Origin: Cyanidioschyzon merolae
Taxonomy: Eukaryota
DNA length: 64,000 bases
NCBI GenBank assembly: GCA_000091205.1
Contig: AP006495.2
Direction: 5' to 3' (one strand)
Shown here: positions 18,540-29,699 of the stretch, piece by piece
Numbering within the stretch: the stretch's first letter is position 1
Layout of the letters: each line of letters opens with the position of its first letter
Position numbers and translations under genes: made by a program
The notes under the pieces: generated by a model
Told to the model about the DNA's origin: nothing
The model's database searches: none
What the model saw: only the letters and a program-made list of their open reading frames with translations

Positions 18540-19991
18540 ATGCCGCCGCGTGAAACGAACGATCATCAAGCAGCACTGGAGTCAGCGAACGCTCATTATC
18601 CTGTCCAAGCGCATTGCGTCCAAGATATGGAAGAAGAAGAACACGATCCTAGTTTGACTTACAAAGAGGGCGTTCCGGGCCCGACCTTGTCGTTTATCTG
18701 GGGCTTGAAAGTACCGCCGGGGCGCGCTGTCGAGCACAGAGTCGAGGACGGCGAGTACGTCGTGATCTCGTCGGCCTCGCTCGGTATCAAGAAACCCAAG
18801 GGGAAACGATCTGTTTTAGTGATGGAAGACCTAGACGTGCCGAAGCGCGGTTTTTCGGACGATGAGGACTCTAGCGCGGATAGCGACGAAGTGGCTTCGG
18901 AATCTGAATCAAGTAGCGGATCGGATTCTGGATCTGGTAGTTCTGAAGCAGATGAAGCCATGGTGAACGGTATCGATGAAGACGCATCAGATTCAGAGGA
19001 TGATGAGGGCGATTCGCAGGAGTCTAGCCCCGAGAGCTCGGCCACTGGTACCGGTTCCGAAGAGTCTGCCGACGAAGCGCTCGTCTCCTCCGAGGACGAG
19101 AGCGCCTCGGAAGTATCCGATGATGAAGATGATTCTTTTCCCGACACACCAGTGATACGTAGCATCCCGGTGTGCGTGCTCCTTCCAGGAAAAGTGGAGA
19201 GCCAGTCGCTCAACCTAGAGATTGTTGGACCACGTGTACTTCATTTTCGCACGTATGGCAAGGATACCATCTACATCTCTGGACACACCGAAATCGAGAT
19301 AGACGAATATGACTCGGAAACCGATGCTGAATACGATGACGATGTGGAAATGAGCTACGAAGGTTCCGAGAGCGATGACGGGATTGCAGAGTATTCGGCA
19401 TCCGGGTCGAGCTCGGCATCGGACGATGAGCCTCTGCCGTCACCGCCGCTCTCTGGGCACAGGAGAAGCGTCCGAATTACTGAAATTATGGAGAGTGAGC
19501 AAGCTGATCGAGTGAAACATGCGGACGCGGATCGCACAGCACATCGTACCAGAGCACGATCAGGAGCGACTGCCGCAGCAACTGATGCTGGGGCGTTGAC
19601 AAGCGGTGGCGCTCAAACGTCAACACGCAAAGCCGAACAGAAGAATCGCAAAGAAGGCGCATCATCGGCTGGCGACGCGAAAACAGGGCTGTCTTCGTCT
19701 GCAGCGGACGGGACGAGCAAACGGGGCACAACTCCTCGCAGCGAATCCTCTACAGACCAGAGCCATGCAGGCACCAAGCACGTGCGTTTTCCAGAAACTT
19801 TGGAGCCAGAGGAGCGCGGGAAGAAGCGGAGCGCATCGGAGCGGAGTAGCAACCCAGCAGCAGCTGCGGCTGCTTCGAGCGTTGCCGCTGCAAATGCCCT
19901 GTCTGGTAGCGTCTCCTGTTCCACGTGCGGCAAATCGTTCAAAATGGCAAGTGCTCTTGAGCAACATATGAAAGCGAAACATGCTGCGTAG
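18540..19991 (+). CDS. HD2/HDT-type (nucleoplasmin-like) histone deacetylase homolog with C-terminal C2H2 zinc finger
   Basis: The N-terminal nucleoplasmin-like segment FIWGLKVPPGRAVEHRVEDGEYVVISSASLG parallels the plant HD2 start MEFWGIEVKSGKPV…IHVSQASLG. A long Asp/Glu/Ser-rich acidic centre follows. The C-terminal CSTCGKSFKMASALEQHMKAKHAA matches the HD2 C2H2 finger (SCGSCKKTFNSGNALESHNKAKHAA). The true start is uncertain (Met at 18540 or 18627; a short 5' exon is possible). Confidence 0.6.
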   Translation: MPPRETNDHQAALESANAHYPVQAHCVQDMEEEEHDPSLTYKEGVPGPTLSFIWGLKVPPGRAVEHRVEDGEYVVISSASLGIKKPKGKRSVLVMEDLDVPKRGFSDDEDSSADSDEVASESESSSGSDSGSGSSEADEAMVNGIDEDASDSEDDEGDSQESSPESSATGTGSEESADEALVSSEDESASEVSDDEDDSFPDTPVIRSIPVCVLLPGKVESQSLNLEIVGPRVLHFRTYGKDTIYISGHTEIEIDEYDSETDAEYDDDVEMSYEGSESDDGIAEYSASGSSSASDDEPLPSPPLSGHRRSVRITEIMESEQADRVKHADADRTAHRTRARSGATAAATDAGALTSGGAQTSTRKAEQKNRKEGASSAGDAKTGLSSSAADGTSKRGTTPRSESSTDQSHAGTKHVRFPETLEPEERGKKRSASERSSNPAAAAAASSVAAANALSGSVSCSTCGKSFKMASALEQHMKAKHAA

Positions 19992-22576
19992 AGCACCGGG
20001 TGGCCCAATGAGTACGTTTCGTTTTCTTCTCGCTGGTGTGAGCACGAACTCGGGTATGGAAGGTCACAGACGCAACCACGATCAGCGGAATCAGAAGTAG
20101 ATGTCGATTCTGTTGTACTGAATTCACAAAAGGTCTTTCGGGATCTCTGGTAAAGCATATTGTGTTCTATATCCCTTTTTAAAGCTTGAATTCCTGGTTG
20201 ACATGCACGCCCCGCTGGTGAGTGAGTCTAGAACGCACCCATTCGGAGCCAAGAACCGTTCGTGCGCGTACGCGCACCCTTAACGTCCATGTCAGCATAA
20301 AACGGGACGGGTTCTCTGAATACAACGCACACCAGAGGTTCGGGTCCGTTTCCAATGCGATCGACGCTAGCGTTTACCGGCTTTCTCGGCGGCTGCTTCC
20401 TCTGATGCGCTGTTATCTCCGACTTTACCCATGCCGGTCTCAGCTTTTGCTCCAGCTCCGATATAACCAGTCGATGGATCATGAGACCAGCGTTCAAGTT
20501 CTGGTTTCGCAGTTTCCGGGTGTTGTCGACGCATTGCACGCACAGGAGGTCGTTTCGATCTGCGCTTCACTTGCCTTGTTCATCTTCTTGATATACACAA
20601 CACCGCTGCCGCCGTTGGCAGCGTTCACACTTGGTCGGAGTCACGTGTTCTCGTATGTCTAAAACACATTCTCTTCCGAACGCTGCGCTACGACGCGTGA
20701 GGACCTCTTTCATCGCTCGGTACACAGCCATGGCGGTGGCGGAAAGCTCCCAACCGTGGCCTCCGCGGTTTCCGTGGCCAGTGCCCTATCATATGATCAG
20801 GGGCTTCTCAAGAGCGATCTGCTCTGTGGGTACTGTACCAGCGGCATACACAAAGGCACGCTGTTCCATTCGATAGAGGATTTGTGGAACACGACGTTGT
20901 TCATGATGAAACAAGTAGCGGAAGAAAATCTACGCTGGCGATACACCCAAAAAAACTTCCATTAGTCTATGCTCCCGTAACGTAAACCGCTTCCGCACGC
21001 TCCACTGATTGTGGTTGCTGTGATGACTCCATTCCGAGTCCAAGCGCTTTTTCCTTAATAAACAGGATAGGCAGGAGCGTCCTGGAGAATCTCCCGTGAG
21101 AGGCATCTTGCTGCTTTGGAATCCATCATCGTCAGTGGCAAGAAACGCCGTGATCTTTTGACATCCGAACAGAGTCGATTACTGGATTTCACAATTTCAT
21201 TCGATTTTTCGGGGCGAACTTGTGAGCAAGTCGCCAAAAGACGTCGTGGAGCGTTGTTCCCCGTCCATCCAGCGAAGCGAGTCGGTACGCCGCGAGTCGC
21301 GTTGAAACGCACAGATCGATGACTTGAAGCACATGTGATTCGCGCATGCTGTACGGAAGGAAAAGCGATGAACGGAAGCGTGCACATATGCACTGGATAA
21401 TGACATCAGTTATGTTACGAACCCATCTTCGATCATGTCGCAAATCGTCTTGAATCCGATGACACAACGAACTCCGGTAGCAAAACGTCAGATAAACCAA
21501 TCCGAAACGACGACGACCGAGAATCCTAGATCTACGGATGAAACCGTACGCCCAGATTGCCGCACGTGGAATATTGAGCCTGTGTATCGATAAACGTTCG
21601 ATAAGAAAACCTCGAAGCGGTAACAGAACGAACATTTCAATGTTCTATTCCAATCTGACAAGCGTGCAGCCGCGCCAGAGTCTCCGACCCCTGGACTCAA
21701 CACGCACAGACGCGTGTCTCCGCGGTACAACGGTCGCAGTTGCGTTCGGGCCCGCGCATACCACCCGCAAAGCTGCGCAATCATGAGCAACACCGCTGTC
21801 CCTGTGCGAGCGTCGCTGCAGAACCCAGAGCACGCCTGCTGAACGCACCGATGCGTGTCTGTCGGCGTGCTGCAGACCCCGCGATCCAGCGCATGCCGTA
21901 CGCACCCAGCTGATCCCAGCATACATGGATTCGAGACGCTACGGCTGCAAGCGTTCGCGCTTCTATACGTCGGCAACGCGCCCGCGCCTGGTACGCACTG
22001 CATCGTCGGAGATGCGTACTGGGCAACCCTACATCCGGCTTCCATGCTCGATGCCGCTGCCACCGCCGCCGCCACCATCGCGCTCCTGCACGTACCTGGA
22101 TGAGGGCGTCGCGTGGCGGGGCGCATTGCGAGCCTCGTAGGCACCAGCACGGGCGCTGATGCGGCGCTCCGTGCGTGCTCGTATGGGCGTGCGCGGCACG
22201 CATGCCATGCCATGCGTGCAACGGGACACGTGTCCGCTTCTACTGCGTTCCATGTGCGCTACACGCATCCCTTGCGTGTAGACGCCACCGACTCGCTGAA
22301 ACTTTCGCGGATACGCTTCATCGAGTCGTATTTTGAGGCAATTTCTTTCGCAGGAACTAGAGTTGTTTGACAGGTACGAGACTAGTTCAAGCGCAGACAC
22401 GCACAGCGCTCATGCCGTTTCTGACGCCTTGCTGAACACGGCTGCTATCCAGTGCCTGGTCTGCTGCTAAACGCGACGTCGAGTCGAGCACGTTCAGCGA
22501 GCGCGCACCAAACAGACACGCAACGCCTCAGCAAGAAGCGACGGAAAGCGCATCTATTTGGGTCAAGCAGCAGCCT

Positions 22577-24271
22577 TTAAACACGCGGCAATCGCGCTCG
22601 CTTCTCGCTGCGCCTGCCTTGCAAGTCGTTGCGCTGTCGCTCTAGGTCGGGAGCAGAGGCTGCGCGCTGCCCCAAGGCCTCGGCGTGCACACACTGCACG
22701 TGATGCGTTCGCTTCTGCGGAGGCACCGATGCTCCGCACACGATACAGGAACAACGACGCCGATCATCCTCGCGATAGAACAGCAGCGCGGGCGGCAGTT
22801 GGATGCGTTCGCTTTGCACCCACTCGGATGCAAGCAAACGAACAACGTACGCCCGGTAAGCGACCACATTGAACTCAAGCCAACCGGCACGCGGTATCGA
22901 CAAGAAATACCAGACATTCGGTACGACCAGTGGCGGTTGAGACGTGCCGCGCGGGGCTAGCGGAAATCCCAACCGTATCGAAACCGCCGCTGCTGTGCAA
23001 AACGGGGGCTCTGCACAGCTTCGCTGACCAAAGCCGGCCACAGTCAACGATAGATGACCGCTGGCATCCAGTTCCAGCGCCTCCAGCGCCGGTACTTGAT
23101 TCGCGTCAGCTATCATTCGACCATGCAACGGAATCCAATAGAGCGGCGTATCCGCGCAGCTGCTGTTGTGCTTGCTGGGCTCGCGCTTGCACGCACCATG
23201 CAAGGTGTGATCGAGCGTCAATCCAGGCGCATTGCCGTTTCCGTTCCAAACACAGACATCCACGCTCGGGCGCGACTGCCTCGGGCGCTGCCGCCACCGC
23301 ACGCCAAGCGTCAGCTGCGGCCGCCAGAGGCGCACCCGCGCGTCCCCTGGCGGTAGCAATGCGAGCTCATCCAGTAGGAGCAGCATCACCATATCGGTTG
23401 GGGCGCGAATGACCAAATGCGCCGCATCATCCCGCGCCGTCCACGACGCGTTGACAATGACAAGCCGCGCGCCATCCTTCCGCAGACAGAGCGCTGGCAG
23501 CGTCGCCGCCGGTACCATCTGCAGACTCGAGCCCATGACCAGACACAAGCGCGCGTTTCGCGAGTCCTCGGTCGCGCCCATGAGATCCGCTTGCGGCAGC
23601 GGATCCTCCCAGTCGAGCAGCATATCGCGCGTCGATGCTCGCTGACCCCGCCATGCACAGTACACGCACTGGTGACCGGTTCGGCGACCGCCAACCGTGG
23701 GCACAACCACATCATTCAGGAAAATTTGACCACAGCGTTCACACTGTTCTGCGAAAATGTTCCCGTGCAGCTCAGAGAGACGATGACGAGCGAGTCCACT
23801 GCGCAGGTGCAAGCCGTCGATGTTTTGCGTGACAATGCGTCGCACCAAGCCGCGACGCACGAGTTCGGTGAGCGCCCAGTGGCTCCAGGTCGGCGCTGCA
23901 AGCTCTAGGCTGCAGTCTGGCGGCGGCGGCTGCGTCCGCGGGTCGATGACGTCCGCGCAACGCGCCCCGTCTCGAGTCAGAGGCTCGTGCTGCTGGGCCG
24001 CACCCGGAGCAACCCCAGGTCTCGAGCGTCCGTTTTTCGAGCGCGTCGCTTCGGACCAGACGCCGTGTGGTCCACGAAAGTCGCGCACCCCAGCTGCCGT
24101 GGATACACCCGCGCCCGTGTGGACAACAACGTCGCCGCACGCTGCGCGCAACCACTGGGCCAGCACTTGTACCTTTCGTTGCACGTCGAGCAGGCGATCC
24201 CAGTCGGGCGCGAGCCCGAGGCGTCCCTTGTTTTCATACGGGCGCAAACGTCCGGCGTAGTCGTGGGCCAT
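22577..24271 (-). CDS. Class IV sirtuin (SIRT6/SIRT7-like NAD-dependent protein deacylase) with a long C-terminal extension
   Basis: Matches to SIRT6 include [22 protein letters not shown] vs [54 protein letters not shown], the Zn-binding CERCG…CVYC, LHGN and VMGSSL. The start was set at Met22 of ORF 22577..24334 (MAHDYAG…). About 250 aa beyond the catalytic core lack recognised domains. Confidence 0.8.
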   Translation of the reverse strand: [564 protein letters not shown]

Positions 24272-24358
24272 GAAAACGCCGCCGCCTGTTTCAAGTACCA
24301 GGTTCTGGCCCCAGCTGAAACGATCCAGACGCACGCAAGCACGACTTGCACCGGGGTT

Positions 24359-27300
24359 TTACTCTATCACGCGAACGTCCGACGAGAGGACTAGGGTCAG
24401 GGGGTTGCTTGCCCTGTCCAGCTCCGTGTCGCGCGCCCTATTCCAGCCTTGTCGAAAGTGAGCGAGCAACCCACAGAGAAACCGCTCGGCATCTCCTGGT
24501 GTAACAGGTTGTAACGCGTTCCCGCTCGTCAAGAGCGCATCCGGTGTGCCGGCCGCAGACGCAACCCGACTAGGAAACGTGCCAACGAGAAACAAGCGGT
24601 CCAGCGACGCGAGGCAAGGCACCAGCCGGTAGAGATCGCGGTCGCCAATGGCGGTGAAGTTCAGGACCAGGCACTGCAGCTGCGGCAACGGTAGGTGTCG
24701 ACGCGCACACGCTCGACCTTGCTGGAGGAGCTGCCGCGTGTCTTCCGGGAAGAGGCTCAAAAACGGCCGTCGAACTGCTGTAGATGAAAGGTCCAAGCTG
24801 TGCAGGCCGTGCAGGTGGTGAGCGATCACGTCTGCTGCGCGATCAGTGAGCTCCCACGCCATCATGAGGTTCAGTTCCCGCAGGCGACCGGGGACCGGCA
24901 GTGCTTGACAGAGCTGGGTAACGCTGCGATCCGTGAGCATAGGCCAGTGCGCGAGACGCAAGGTCTCTAAGGACGGTGCCCGTCGGGCAAGATGAAGTAC
25001 CAGGGCGACGCTTGGAGGGTTCTGCTCGGGCAGCCCAGATGCAGGTGCTGTATCGCGGGGCACGGACTCGTCGAGAAACGACACGAATGACCAGTCCAAG
25101 TGGCGCAGTCGGAGCGTTGGCAGGCGCTCCACCAGGGGGCCGTCCAGCGCCAGCGAACAACCGTGCGCAACAAAGACCTCGAGCCCCGGAAAACCGACAC
25201 CGTGCGAGTTGCACGCTTCTTGCAACACCGTCGTCGAGATGCGCAAACCGGGGTGCTCGGCAACGTTCAAAACTCGCAGAGGCAACCGCAGCAGATGTGC
25301 GAAGATTTCGGGGTGATGGAGACAACCGCTTCCGGGTGTCGCGCGAATATCGAGCTCTTCTAGCATCGGCGGGAGCGCACTGAGCATCAACTCGTTTGTC
25401 AGTGCCTGTGGGTTGAGTTCCGCGAGTCGCAGGACTCGCAAATGTGAGAGTGCCGGCGAGTGCAACGCATTCCCCAAGCCCGCAGCGGTAAGGCGCCAGC
25501 AGCCGCTGAGATCCAAGATGCGAACGGGGCTTCGTTGCAAATGCAGGCGACAGATGAGCTGCTCCACACGTTGCACCAGGTTCAGGAGGACGTCGTCGCT
25601 TATCAGGTCGCAGCTGCCGCTAAGATCCAGCACTCGCCAAAGTGCTGGGGTGTCCTCAACGACCGCACGCCAGGTGCGGCTCACTTGACGGAGGCGGAGC
25701 AGCTCGGGAAACGACAAGTACGTGAACAAGTGCCGCAGGATATCGCGAGCGCTCGCCGCATCACCGAGCGCGTTGACCGGGTGCACACGAGCGCCCGGAC
25801 GAGCGCGCGGTACAACGAAGCTTGCCTCGTTGGACGACACCCCGTCGGTATGGGACGCTTTCCCAAGCAATTCCGGGAATGCCGAGGATGTTGTCTCGAG
25901 CGACATGCGGAAAGCAACCGGTTTGGCAACGTCCGCGCCAGCGATTCGCTGACGTTTGGGCGTTGGAGAGCAGGAGTCATCAGGGATCTTGTTCCATCTT
26001 TCGGCGGGTGTTAGCGGCGAAAGAGACGTCCGATGCTGTGCCGCCTCGGTCCAGGATAGCGCACGAGCTTGAAGATTCATAACAATCGAACTCAGCTCCT
26101 CGATGCATTCGTGAAAAGTCACCTCCGGATAGGCCGGCTGAATGAGTTCCCTCAAAAGTGGTTGATTCTCTGCCCAGTAGAGCGCCTGCAGAATCTGGGC
26201 AATGTGTTTGGCGTCCGATGCGGAAAGCACGCTGGCTTGGCAAAGCGATTGGGCAAGGACAGCGCCGAGCGAGAGACTGTCTCCGACGTGTGCCGCTGTG
26301 GGCGAACCGCATTCCTGGACTGTGCGATAGAGATTACAGAGTTCCAGCAGATACGCTCCGGTGCGCTGGATGTGAGCGTGATCGTGCGAACTCGTTTGGT
26401 GCTGGGCAGCGCGCCAGGCGAGCAAGAAGCCGTCCCATTCGGTTGGCCATGCGAACGAAAATCCCAGCACGTCGGCACACCAGAGTTCCACGTAGAAGAG
26501 GTCTCGCCACTCAAACTGTAGCGCAAAGAAGCGAGCGAGCTCCTCAGTGCCGGGGTTTGTCACCTCATTGTACTTAATGGCGAGCATGGTAGCACCTACA
26601 GCAAGCCAGTCGGTGCGTTGCAAGCGGTGTCGTCGAGATGTGGGGAAGCGAACAAAAGGTTCCCGCTGACTGGAGCAGATGATGTCGAAATAGCTCCACG
26701 CGAGGTGCAGCGTCCGGGGCGAGAGCGCATGTTCGTGGATGAATGCAGCCATGAGACATTTGCAACGCAGCAGGTCTGGCACACACGGCGCTGAGCTGAG
26801 ACGCGAATGCCCGCGAGGCACATGTCCATAAAAGGGCTGCACGGCGGTTTTGATGGAAGCAGAGAGCGCCGCAGCGTTCGGACGCTCCGACTGAGGCAAA
26901 CTCAGATGTTTCAGAAGGTTGAACGCGCGCTCCCAATGCTGCCAGGGTATCTTAGGATGACGCGTTACACCATCGCTCTTGGATGGCGTTGTCATTGCAG
27001 AGAGATTTTCTTTGGATTCGGCTGCGTACTCACATAGACGCTGAATCCGCTGCTGTTGTATGCGAAGGTGCGCCAGCGCTTCGCCACGACAGCATCCTGC
27101 ACTGAGACGATCACCAACAACTGCAAGATAGGGATGCTCCAGCGCCTCCATGGCGCTCAGACGCTTGGTCGGATTTGGATGCAGGAGGCGCCGCATCAAG
27201 TCGAGCCCATCAGAGCCGAAACACTTTTCAAAACGAGCCCGCAACGGACTGTTGGTGCTCAGGGCGGCTTCGATGCGCGGGACCTGCAGTCCATTGCCGA

Positions 27301-28735
27301 AATGCGGCAGCCTGCTGGCTTCTGGCTGGCTATGCCAGCCGTCATCTAGCGGGCCACCAACGGCCTCCGCGATAAGACGCAGCTGGTCCACTTCGCTTTG
27401 CCCACGAAATAGGGCCCGCTCATCCTCGTTGGCATCGTGCACATTGGCAACTTCCGCAATGACGCAGGCCGCAGCCCATAGATCAGCAGCCGCGCTGTAT
27501 CGACGGGATCCCAGGAGCAGTTCGGGTGCACGGTACCACAAAGTGGCTACGACCGGCGTTAGGGCTTCAAATGTGCTTCTGCTGCTGTTTCGATGAAGCG
27601 AATCGCCATCGCTGGCGTCTCCTGTCGGCTCATATACTTGAAGGGGCGCCTCGCGGCCGAGAGAGAAGTTGATGAGCGCAAATGTCTCGTGCACCGCGCA
27701 CGAGCAGGACTCGTGTTTCCCTGTCTGCATCGCGACAATATTCTGTGGGCGCACATCACGATGTACAAATCCCTGCGTATGACAAAACGCGAAAGCCAAT
27801 ACGAGATCAAAAGCGAAGAACCGTGTTCGCTCAAGGTCAAAGGACTGCTTGTACCAATCATAGCGAGCGTTAGCGTAGAAAAGCGTGAGCTTCACGCTTC
27901 CATTGGCTCGATCGAGTGATCGATGCTGCCTCGGCTCAAGAAGGAGGTATCCGCTTTTCTGTTGCAGGTGATAAGAAGGCACATCGAGTCGTACTTCGAT
28001 CAATGGGCACACAAAATGGTGAAACAGCGGAGTCTGAGCAGCCAACCAGAGCGCGATACCGGCTTCGCGAACTTGCTTGTAGCTTAGTCCGTACTCGTCA
28101 TCGTACGCGACCTGATACACATCATCGGTGCTCTCACCATCTGTGTTGTTCGGTGAAGGAGGCAGCGGAATATACACTTGACGAGTCATGAGTGTCGCAT
28201 CGGTTCGCGAACCCGAGGCGTATACATTTTGGACGTAAACCGGAAACGAGAAGCACCGTTGACGTTGTGAGACGCGCAAGAGCTCACCAAACCACACCCG
28301 TTGGATCATGTCCGCGTCTGAAGTCTGCGGTGCAGAGCGCGACGGGGAGCTGGGCGCTCGCTCACCTGGACCCCGTCGCCCAGTGAGCAGCCTTGCCCTT
28401 GTTCTCTCTTCTTCGTCGAAGGGGATTCCCGTTTCATGTTGTCCGTGGCTCAGGAGTGCATGGAAATTGGACGCACCGCTTTCCGCTGAGCTGTTCAAGC
28501 ACTCGAGCTCAGCGACTGTGCAGCACATTTCGCCGCGGCACTTGGGCACCATCCCGACGAACAACGAAAGCCCATGACACGACTGGTGACAGCGAGAATG
28601 CTCTTCGAAGCCGAGTTCAGAGAGAGCACGACACTGCGAGCTGCGACGCATCACTTGCAACAGACCAGGCGCCGCAACAGCACCACAGAGAAAGTGCGCT
28701 TCCGTAAGCGTCAAAAAAAAACAGAAGAACCGCAA
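24359..28735 (-). CDS. Giant multidomain ORF: CDK-like Ser/Thr kinase-like domain (aa ~143-535), cyclin-box-like region (aa ~655-860), F-box (aa ~995-1040) and C-terminal leucine-rich repeats
   Basis: Kinase: FVHRDVRPQNIV (HRD) and TLWYRAPELLLGSRRYS (APE/CMGC-like), but no GxGxxG and DFG replaced by NFS. Cyclin-like: LAVGATMLAIKYNEV…ELWCADVLGFSFAWPTEWDGFL. F-box: ILRHLFTYLSFPELLRLRQVSRTWRAV. LRR: repeated LxxLxLxxC/N motifs (…LRVLRLAELN…LEELDIR…LRHLDWS…LETLRLAHW…LRELNLMMAW…LHSLDLSST…). A single 1458-codon open frame; whether it is one polypeptide is unresolved. Confidence 0.5.
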   Translation of the reverse strand: MRFFCFFLTLTEAHFLCGAVAAPGLLQVMRRSSQCRALSELGFEEHSRCHQSCHGLSLFVGMVPKCRGEMCCTVAELECLNSSAESGASNFHALLSHGQHETGIPFDEEERTRARLLTGRRGPGERAPSSPSRSAPQTSDADMIQRVWFGELLRVSQRQRCFSFPVYVQNVYASGSRTDATLMTRQVYIPLPPSPNNTDGESTDDVYQVAYDDEYGLSYKQVREAGIALWLAAQTPLFHHFVCPLIEVRLDVPSYHLQQKSGYLLLEPRQHRSLDRANGSVKLTLFYANARYDWYKQSFDLERTRFFAFDLVLAFAFCHTQGFVHRDVRPQNIVAMQTGKHESCSCAVHETFALINFSLGREAPLQVYEPTGDASDGDSLHRNSSRSTFEALTPVVATLWYRAPELLLGSRRYSAAADLWAAACVIAEVANVHDANEDERALFRGQSEVDQLRLIAEAVGGPLDDGWHSQPEASRLPHFGNGLQVPRIEAALSTNSPLRARFEKCFGSDGLDLMRRLLHPNPTKRLSAMEALEHPYLAVVGDRLSAGCCRGEALAHLRIQQQRIQRLCEYAAESKENLSAMTTPSKSDGVTRHPKIPWQHWERAFNLLKHLSLPQSERPNAAALSASIKTAVQPFYGHVPRGHSRLSSAPCVPDLLRCKCLMAAFIHEHALSPRTLHLAWSYFDIICSSQREPFVRFPTSRRHRLQRTDWLAVGATMLAIKYNEVTNPGTEELARFFALQFEWRDLFYVELWCADVLGFSFAWPTEWDGFLLAWRAAQHQTSSHDHAHIQRTGAYLLELCNLYRTVQECGSPTAAHVGDSLSLGAVLAQSLCQASVLSASDAKHIAQILQALYWAENQPLLRELIQPAYPEVTFHECIEELSSIVMNLQARALSWTEAAQHRTSLSPLTPAERWNKIPDDSCSPTPKRQRIAGADVAKPVAFRMSLETTSSAFPELLGKASHTDGVSSNEASFVVPRARPGARVHPVNALGDAASARDILRHLFTYLSFPELLRLRQVSRTWRAVVEDTPALWRVLDLSGSCDLISDDVLLNLVQRVEQLICRLHLQRSPVRILDLSGCWRLTAAGLGNALHSPALSHLRVLRLAELNPQALTNELMLSALPPMLEELDIRATPGSGCLHHPEIFAHLLRLPLRVLNVAEHPGLRISTTVLQEACNSHGVGFPGLEVFVAHGCSLALDGPLVERLPTLRLRHLDWSFVSFLDESVPRDTAPASGLPEQNPPSVALVLHLARRAPSLETLRLAHWPMLTDRSVTQLCQALPVPGRLRELNLMMAWELTDRAADVIAHHLHGLHSLDLSSTAVRRPFLSLFPEDTRQLLQQGRACARRHLPLPQLQCLVLNFTAIGDRDLYRLVPCLASLDRLFLVGTFPSRVASAAGTPDALLTSGNALQPVTPGDAERFLCGLLAHFRQGWNRARDTELDRASNPLTLVLSSDVRVIE

Positions 28736-29699
28736 ACCAAACCGGTACTAGCGACTCTAAGCGTTGCAGCGGGTCGCAGGCCGGGTGCCGTCGTTCACTC
28801 AAAAAACGAAACAACCCGAGTTGCCTCGCCTGCAGAAAGCGTCCAACGCAGTCCGTGGCGAGTTTCTGCTCCCCGTTAGCGCGAGAAGACTGCGCGGAGC
28901 ACGCCCTGCGGCATACAGCGCCTCGTGGCGTCGTCGATGCCGCGCCAAACACACACGCATGCGCCGGCGCGTCTGTGATGATCCTGCAGCGCCAGTTTCG
29001 ATTCTCGTGTGCTGGCATCCGATTCTTGCTGTTTTTCTGGAATGAAACAGCGTCGACGTTGCGCATGGATGCCAGATGGCTGAATGCGTATTGAAATAAA
29101 TGAAACCGCTCATTATTATTCACGTTACTTCCGAGTTCCATGACCAGTTCTCGGATGTAACTGTCGTTATATACTTTTTATCGTGTGCCGAGTTCGTGCT
29201 TGGAACACCTGCCGTAGCGCCTAAACCGCTGGTGCCGATGCATCATAACGTGTGACCTGTTTTGGCACGCAAATGAGAGCGTCAGCTCGAGATGTCCTTC
29301 ATCCGACACATGGGAACAGCGACAGCATGCTGGGGAACGAAGCAGCGAGCTCATTGGGGTATTGTGAGATCGATGGATCGAGTCCGAGAGCTGCGCACGT
29401 CTCGCTGCTGCTGTTGGTAACCGTGAGAGAGGTCACGAGTGCGCTGGTGCGGGAACCCTGGGTGTGTATGTTTCGCTCTTTACACGGATACCTCTGTGCA
29501 TGAAACCGGAACAAGGCCCAAGGGTGCGTTAGAGCTATCGATCATCACTGGGAAGTTCGCTACAATGCGCTCTCGATGCACATATCGGAATGAAATGGAA
29601 CTGGTTGACCAAACTAGGTCAGGTATGCACACGAAGGTCTGGGCGTGTGCCCGTGATGATCAAGACCAGGTTTAGCGTGCTTTTCGGCTCTCTTGACTC

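Noticed and set aside
21488-22400. Multiple overlapping 90-240-aa ORFs on both strands (e.g. 21488..22213, 21781..22221, 22029..22400)
   Set aside because: They mutually overlap in a very GC-rich, low-complexity stretch (Ala/Arg/Cys-rich translations) and no domain was recognised. This is the typical stop-codon-depleted noise of high-GC DNA.
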